Origin: Candidatus Latescibacterota bacterium
GTDB taxonomy: Bacteria; Latescibacterota; UBA2968
NCBI GenBank assembly: GCA_965205975.1
Contig: OZ242195.1
Location: forward strand, 1,632,001 to 1,696,000
Length of the DNA: 64,000 nucleotides
Reading direction: 5' to 3'
Shown: positions 58,000 through 64,000 of the stretch, in pieces
Layout of the letters: every line of letters begins with the position of its first letter
Numbering within the stretch: position 1 is the first letter of the stretch
Notes under the pieces: generated by a model
The model's input: only the letters and a program-made list of their open reading frames with translations
Database searches by the model: none
Told to the model about the DNA's origin: nothing
Made by a program: the position numbers and the translations under genes

Positions 58000-59460
58000 A
58001 AAATTTGAAGGCTGGCAGGTCGCGGGACCACGAGCTACTTTTGAAGTCGCTGCAAAAGGATATGCACAAACCGCGCTAACAGTTGAAAACGCAGTCGAAG
58101 GCCGGATAGATATAGCTTTGAAAAAGGGAATAACCCTGCGCGGTCGCATTGTCGATGAATCCGACCAACCCGTTGTAAGGGCACGTGTGGCCTTTGGCCG
58201 CCCTCCGATTCCTCGTGCTAAATATACAGCACCACCTCCCCTCCCCTTTCACCACAATACCTATACCGATACATCGGGTTTATTTACCCTTGAAAATATA
58301 GATGTGTTCAAAGGTCATATATGGGTAACCCATCCCGATATCGGAATTATGAATCAGCAAATTGTATCTGCCGATACAATAAAGCTCGAAATTGACGACG
58401 AAGGTCAAGCAGTGATGGATATAGATATCCCGGTGAAGCGTTTCCGTGTGTATTCTGTTTCAGGCGTGGTATCCCTCAAAGAAGACGTCGTAGAAGGGCT
58501 GGAAATCAGAGCTTTTCCAGTTGAAAGATCAAATGAGCCTGCGTATCCAATCGTTTAGAGGATCTGGAGCCTGGGGAATATGGCATTTTCATGAGCGTAC
58601 CCAGGCCCGAAGAAATGGAAATAGATGGTCACACGATAACAATACATCACTCTGGTCAATCTCGGACAGTGGTAATCGAAGACCGCGATGTGACACTAAA
58701 CTTTGAGCCTCTGGGAGACGTGCGACTTACAGGTATTGCAACTTATAACGGACAGCCTGTCTCAGATGTCTATGTAAGCACCCATATTTTAGCGGATGAT
58801 CCTGAAAATTTTGTCTCATTAGGCGGTACTGAAACAGACAAAGAGGGACAATTTGGATTGCGCGGTCTGCCTTCTACGCGGATTGCCATCAGGTTTCGCA
58901 AAACAGACCACCTCGGTTCTGGTAGAAAATACTGGAGCAAAGTAGATACAATTGATCTAACGAATAAAAAAGAATTGCGTTATAGGGCGGAATTGGAAAC
59001 GGAGGAACGCCCGACCTTGAGCCTGGGAGATATGGCACCTGAATTTGAGGCCAAACGGTTGGATGGATCAACATTCCGACTATCAGATTACCGGAACAAA
59101 AAAGCCGTGTTGATCGACTTTTGGGCAACGTGGTGTGGTCCCTGCATTGATGAAATTCCGACAATTAAAAGAATTGCTGAAACCTATCGCAATCAGGGCC
59201 TGGAAGTCGTAGGCGTGAGTTTGGATCGCGATGAGAAGGCACTACGAGACTTTGTCAAAAAAGAACAGTTAAGCTATGTGCAGGTATTTGACAAAGAAAA
59301 GGCGCAAGCAATTGCAAAATCCTACGGTGTATGGGGTATTCCATCGGCATTTCTGGTAAACCAAAATGGTCTCATCAATGCGCCGAATCTGCGCGGAGAC
59401 CGCGTTGAAATTGCTGTGAAGGCATTATTGACCAATGGGCCTATTCCAGCTAAAAACTGA
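58000..59460 (+). pseudogene. C-terminal remnant of a carboxypeptidase-regulatory-repeat/TlpA protein, frameshifted paralog of about 54040-55526
   Basis: Colinear with 52539..55526 from KFEGWQVAGP onward; about 31-nt deletion near 58550 splits it into ORFs 58118..58558 and 58591..59460; WATWCGPC retained. Confidence 0.85.
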
Positions 59461-59499
59461 ACTGACAAAAACTATTTACAGTATTGGCACAAAAAAAGG

Positions 59500-61887
59500 A
59501 TGAGAATGCGGTTCACAATTTATATCGGATTGATCGCGTTGATCAGTTTCTTTAGTACTGGCTCGTCCAGGGGCGCAACGGCAATAGACTCGCTATTTCA
59601 CGCAGCAGAGCAGCAAATCGGCAAGGTGAGCCGTGAAGAAAGCATTGCGACATTTCGCGACATTCTTTCACGCGATGATGCGTATGCCCCTGCATACAAC
59701 GCATTGGCGAACCTGTATTTACAAGCCAATACCGTGAATGACCGACAGCGCGCAATGCGGATGATACAGCATGCTATCGCGATTGACCCTGATAATACTG
59801 AATATCGGCTGACACGCGGGAAAATCTGGTGGGCACAGGGCTTTCGCTCACGAGCATTGGGTCAATACGAAAATGTGAGCGAAAAACATCCGGACAATGC
59901 AGAAGCTCTCAATAGTGTGGGTATGTATTGGGTATATGATTTTCTGGTACAAACTGATAGAAGAAGTCAACATCATTCAAAAGATTTCAAGATATTTGCC
60001 CAGGAAGCCAAAAGAGAAGCAGAACAAACGCTGAGAAAAAGCATCCAATTGGATGCGATGAATCAGAAATCTTATTATTTACTGGGCATACTTTACTTTG
60101 AAGATGAGGATTGGAGTTCCTTTCAAGCCTTGATGCAAGATCTCCACACCCAATATCCAGATGACAAAAATGTGTTGCTATTTTGTGGTCTTGCTCACTA
60201 TCAGCTTGGTGAATACAATGAATCGCATGAATGCTATCAGCGCGCTTATGACTTGATGAGTATTGAGGAGCGCGAGTTGCTCGATTCTATTGATCTGCTT
60301 GTCCTTATAGAAGATCATGCACCCCGCGATACGATGCAGACGGTTGATGAGCAATTGGAACGTGCGATGTTTTGGAAGAGCCAGGACCCGCTCTATTTAT
60401 CAGACTTTAACGAAAGGAAAATGGAACACTTTGGCCGTCTGGCTTATTCAAATCTGCGGTTTAAACGATTTTCTGCTAATGTCGAGGGGTGGCAGACGGA
60501 CATGGGAAAGACCTATATCAAATTTGGAAGATATAGACGACGGATATCCGGTTATGGCAGTTGTGGAAAGACGGCCAATCTGATGGAAACCTGGTTTTAC
60601 GAAACTTTCAAGATCCAATTTTGTGGTGATGGTACTGATCGTTGGAGTTTTGGTGGCGGTGATGAGGTCGGCGGTGTCAGTTTTATTCCCCCAAATAGTA
60701 GTCTCTTTGACTACTGGGACGAAGCACCTGAAAATGCTTTTAGACAGCGAACATTTTCTTTTCCCAGTACACCTCAAGAAGCCTCACATCATACCTTTCG
60801 AAAAATAGCCCAACGCTTTGTCGATCCGTATTTGAAACGAAAATACACCCTACCCTATCAGGTCGCTGCCTTTGAAGAACGAGATAGCGTGCGCGTGGAA
60901 CTCAGCTATATGATTCCCAAAAACCGATTAGAATCAAATCCCGAGACTGGCGAGGTGAGCTTTTGGGATGGCGTGTTCTTCTTTGATGAGCAGTGGCAGG
61001 ACATTTATACGTATCGCAAAGCCGTAAACTTCAAACGCAAATCCGTGAATTCCACAGTGTCGCCTCAGAAGCCGACCCAAAATGCCGCCGCGCAGCATCG
61101 CAATGATCACTTGCTGGTCTCGCGCATGTTATCCGTCCCTCAAGGCAATTATCATTTTTCAGTAGAATTATTGGATCAGACATCCGGTGCAATTGGCATA
61201 GCACGCGATGAGGAGCAGTATGTCTATGACGATGAGACCTTTCATCTGAGTGATTTGCTGGTCGGTAGTAATATCCAAGCGAGGAATGCATTGCCTGAAG
61301 GTCGTGATGACCTGATCATCACACCCAATCCCGTCCGCACGTTTTCACCGTCTGAATCGGTCTTTATCTATCTGGAACTGTACGATCTCAAACGCGATGA
61401 CTTTGGTAGTACGCAGTATGAGATCTCCTACACCATCGGCAAGCCAGAGGTAGATACCCTGTCTCCTACCTTATTCGCGTCTCAAAACCTGATTGATACG
61501 ATGGGTAAAACGGAGATTGATCTGCGGAGTGGACAAGGATATTACACCGCTTCCGAGGGTTTGCAAACCGGGCGTTCGCAGGATAGCGATGGGGTTGGTA
61601 GTATATTCGCCGATAGCAATATATGGGGCGAGACGAAGGTTTATACGAGTGGTGGGCAGGTCCATCACATTGCCGCTGAGGGCTTGAAGATCGAGCGATC
61701 ACAAGATGGGGATTTGACCCGCACAGTGACAGCCGATTATGAAGGTAGTCGGGAAAATGATTTCACGTATTTGCAGATCGATGTAAACCAGGTACCTGAA
61801 GGGATTTATCAATTGACGGTGCTGGCGAGGGATAAGAGAACTGAGCAGACGGATAGAAAATACGTTTATTTTCGCATTGTAGAGTAA
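59500..61887 (+). CDS. GWxTD domain protein with N-terminal TPR repeats
   Basis: Signal peptide, TPR-like helices, FWKSQDP..NER..EH..R..YSNLRF, GWQTDMGKTYIKFG, C-terminal Ig-like region. Confidence 0.88.
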   Translation: MRMRFTIYIGLIALISFFSTGSSRGATAIDSLFHAAEQQIGKVSREESIATFRDILSRDDAYAPAYNALANLYLQANTVNDRQRAMRMIQHAIAIDPDNTEYRLTRGKIWWAQGFRSRALGQYENVSEKHPDNAEALNSVGMYWVYDFLVQTDRRSQHHSKDFKIFAQEAKREAEQTLRKSIQLDAMNQKSYYLLGILYFEDEDWSSFQALMQDLHTQYPDDKNVLLFCGLAHYQLGEYNESHECYQRAYDLMSIEERELLDSIDLLVLIEDHAPRDTMQTVDEQLERAMFWKSQDPLYLSDFNERKMEHFGRLAYSNLRFKRFSANVEGWQTDMGKTYIKFGRYRRRISGYGSCGKTANLMETWFYETFKIQFCGDGTDRWSFGGGDEVGGVSFIPPNSSLFDYWDEAPENAFRQRTFSFPSTPQEASHHTFRKIAQRFVDPYLKRKYTLPYQVAAFEERDSVRVELSYMIPKNRLESNPETGEVSFWDGVFFFDEQWQDIYTYRKAVNFKRKSVNSTVSPQKPTQNAAAQHRNDHLLVSRMLSVPQGNYHFSVELLDQTSGAIGIARDEEQYVYDDETFHLSDLLVGSNIQARNALPEGRDDLIITPNPVRTFSPSESVFIYLELYDLKRDDFGSTQYEISYTIGKPEVDTLSPTLFASQNLIDTMGKTEIDLRSGQGYYTASEGLQTGRSQDSDGVGSIFADSNIWGETKVYTSGGQVHHIAAEGLKIERSQDGDLTRTVTADYEGSRENDFTYLQIDVNQVPEGIYQLTVLARDKRTEQTDRKYVYFRIVE

Positions 61888-61922
61888 AGAGCGGATACTA
61901 CTCTCGAATTATATCCTGATCT

Positions 61923-63089
61923 TCACCCCACCTGTTCTGCGCCATTGACCGCTGAACAAACGTAAATCTCAGGCGTCAAACCCGTTGTCCGGGGATACCG
62001 CTCATTTATCGCATCTGTCAGGGCTGGTACAGCATCGCGTTCGACGATATTCACAGTACATCCTCCAAAACCCGCGCCAGTCATCCGCGCGCCGAACACC
62101 CCCGGCACATTTAGAGCGATTTCTACCAGCAGATCGAGTTCTTTACCACTCACTTCATAATCACCTCGCAAACTCTCGTGAGATGCGACCATCAACTGTC
62201 CAAACCCCGACAAATCCCCATCCTTGAGCAATGCGACCGCCCGTTGCGTGCGTTCATTTTCCGTTATCACATGGCGACACCGCTTCAGCACTGTCTCCGA
62301 CAACGCACCACCGTACACATCCAGAATTTTCATCGACACATCGCGCAGTGCCCTTAAATCTGCCTCCATCGCCCGCGCGAGAAGCGAAACCCCACTTTCA
62401 CAGGCAGACCGCCGATCATTATATGCCGAATCCGTCAGACCTCGCGTCACGCCCGAGTTGCAAATTACAATCTGCACATCATCGCCAAAAAGAGGGACAA
62501 GCTCAAACAAGAGATCGCGGCAATCGAGAAACAGCGCGTGACCTGCCCGACCATTTGCCGAGATAAACTGATCCATGATCCCGCAATTAACACCCACAAA
62601 ATGATTTTCTGCGCGCTGTCCCAAAAGAGCCAGATCAGGCCCGCTTATTTCAATGCAGTTTAACACAACCAACCCCATGCCCACCGCCATCTCCACAGCA
62701 GCCGAACTGCTCAACCCCGCTCCCATAGGCACATTGCCCACAATCGCCGCATCAAAACCACACAGCGAATACCCGAGCTTTTGAAACTCGCGTACCACGC
62801 CCTTTGGATAATCTGCCCAATTGCCCTGTGCCTCCAACACATCATCGGCCCGGAACTCAGCCAACTCGTCGTGCATCGCCGAGTAAATCCGCACCCGCGA
62901 ATCAACTCTCGACCGCGCAGCAACAACCGCCCAGCGGTCAATTGCCGCGGGAAACACAAAGCCCTCATTGTAATCCGTGTGTTCCCCAATCAAATTGACG
63001 CGCCCCGGTGCCTGCACGGTGACATCCGCCTGCCCCTCAAAAACCGATTCAAAAGCGTCCCTCGCCTGTGTGATAATAGGATGCAACAT
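61923..63089 (-). CDS. galK: Galactokinase
   Basis: APGRVNLIGEHTDYN, GAGLSSSA, CGIMDQ, GARMTGAGFGG. Confidence 0.97.
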   Translation of the reverse strand: MLHPIITQARDAFESVFEGQADVTVQAPGRVNLIGEHTDYNEGFVFPAAIDRWAVVAARSRVDSRVRIYSAMHDELAEFRADDVLEAQGNWADYPKGVVREFQKLGYSLCGFDAAIVGNVPMGAGLSSSAAVEMAVGMGLVVLNCIEISGPDLALLGQRAENHFVGVNCGIMDQFISANGRAGHALFLDCRDLLFELVPLFGDDVQIVICNSGVTRGLTDSAYNDRRSACESGVSLLARAMEADLRALRDVSMKILDVYGGALSETVLKRCRHVITENERTQRAVALLKDGDLSGFGQLMVASHESLRGDYEVSGKELDLLVEIALNVPGVFGARMTGAGFGGCTVNIVERDAVPALTDAINERYPRTTGLTPEIYVCSAVNGAEQVG

Positions 63090-63094
63090 CGAAA

Positions 63095-64000
63095 TTAATC
63101 CTTCTCAACTTTTCGTATCGCCCACCGGATCTCCTCTGCCGTCATATCCGGATCTGAGGGATTGATGAGATTGCCAAAAATATCTGCCCCCACCACATGT
63201 TTCCGCAAACCAGGTCCCCGCAAAAGCGACGTAATGTGAATTTGCATGTGATAGCCGCGATCTACGCCATCTGTTGGTGCTTGCATCAATGCCAGGCTAT
63301 AGTGATACGGCGCACCAAACAACTCGTCTAACCCGCCGAGAACATCGCGCAACCCCACTGCCAGATCGCGCCGACCTTCCCTTTCCAAATCCAGCAAACT
63401 CGCAACATGTGCCTTTGGTACAATAATTACATCATAGGGAAATTGCGCGGCAAACGGAACATAAGCCATTACATGAGGGCGATCAACAATAACTCGCCGG
63501 CCATCTCCGGCTTCCAGACGATTGGCATCGCACACAAAACAGCGTCCCGTTTTCTCGCGATGAGATTTAAACATAGCCAATTGCGGTTTTACCATCAAAT
63601 CCGGAATCTCGCAATACGCATAAACCTGTCCGTGCGGATGCGGTTGAGAATTGCCCATCACCGTGCCCCGGTTCTCAAAAATCAGCGGATACACAACATC
63701 AGGCTCCTTCCCCAACCGATCGTAAATCTCTGCCCATGCGTCAATCACCTGAACGAACGCGTCCAAAGATAGCGTTGACAAACGCTGTGCGTGATTCGGT
63801 GTATAGACCACCACCTCGCACACACCCCGAGATGTACGCGAGAGATATGGACCCAATTGCGCCTGCGTTTGATAGGCGTCCAATACCAACGTGGGAAAAT
63901 CGTTCTCGAATGTCCACACGCCCTTGTAATTGGGATTTACATCGCCCGTCGCGCGCATATTCCCGGGGCAGAGATAGCATTCGGGATCATAAGCCTTATC
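63095..64000 (-). CDS. galT: Galactose-1-phosphate uridylyltransferase (5' end outside the window)
   Basis: YDPECYLCPGN at the window edge, FENDFP, FENRG..MGNSQPHPHGQ. Confidence 0.95.
   Translation of the reverse strand, partial: DKAYDPECYLCPGNMRATGDVNPNYKGVWTFENDFPTLVLDAYQTQAQLGPYLSRTSRGVCEVVVYTPNHAQRLSTLSLDAFVQVIDAWAEIYDRLGKEPDVVYPLIFENRGTVMGNSQPHPHGQVYAYCEIPDLMVKPQLAMFKSHREKTGRCFVCDANRLEAGDGRRVIVDRPHVMAYVPFAAQFPYDVIIVPKAHVASLLDLEREGRRDLAVGLRDVLGGLDELFGAPYHYSLALMQAPTDGVDRGYHMQIHITSLLRGPGLRKHVVGADIFGNLINPSDPDMTAEEIRWAIRKVEKD

Noticed and set aside
58540..58600. Programmed frameshift joining the two TlpA-remnant ORFs
   Set aside because: Comparison with the intact paralog shows a deletion of about 31 nt, not a slippery site.
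54040..59460. DGR template/variable repeat pair
   Set aside because: Differences affect all bases over about 1.5 kb, not just adenines, and there is no reverse transcriptase. Ordinary paralogy explains it.

Overview
Bacterial chromosomal window of roughly 50% G+C (judged by eye). SprA, PorV, DUF6785, DUF5916, GWxTD and sulfatase genes suggest a non-Bacteroidetes FCB-group organism such as Ca. Latescibacterota or Gemmatimonadota (inference). 1-28.9 kb is mostly housekeeping and envelope genes: a DUF5916 outer-membrane protein, thiolase, a hup-bS22-(6S-like RNA?)-tRNA-Arg(CCG) unit, an apparent sprA-comEA-pilM-like-NYN-obgE operon, lptFG, a sulfatase, UPF0182, two oxidoreductases, two small toxin-antitoxin-like pairs, and AGCS and SulP transporters. 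29.2-46.4 kb is a PUL-like uptake locus without SusD. It runs TonB-dependent receptor, T9SS-CTD surface protein and a PorV-family barrel, then two DUF6785 membrane proteins, a Tat phosphotriesterase-like enzyme, a Tat sulfatase, a GPH/MFS permease and a convergent YetA/PcRGLX-like gene. This locus is my best candidate for an undescribed system. 46.6-52.3 kb holds cyoE, an ABC-2 pair, a PKD lipoprotein and polB. 52.5-61.9 kb holds a propeller/Ig-repeat/TlpA lipoprotein, blaI with a twice-repeated operator-like 17-mer, and a GWxTD protein. It also holds a blaR1-like(M56)...TlpA gene broken by a 1.53-kb transposase-less cassette with perfect 26-bp IS1595-like inverted repeats and a nested IS3 remnant. 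galK and a partial galT end the window. All family calls come from motif recognition; no searches were run.
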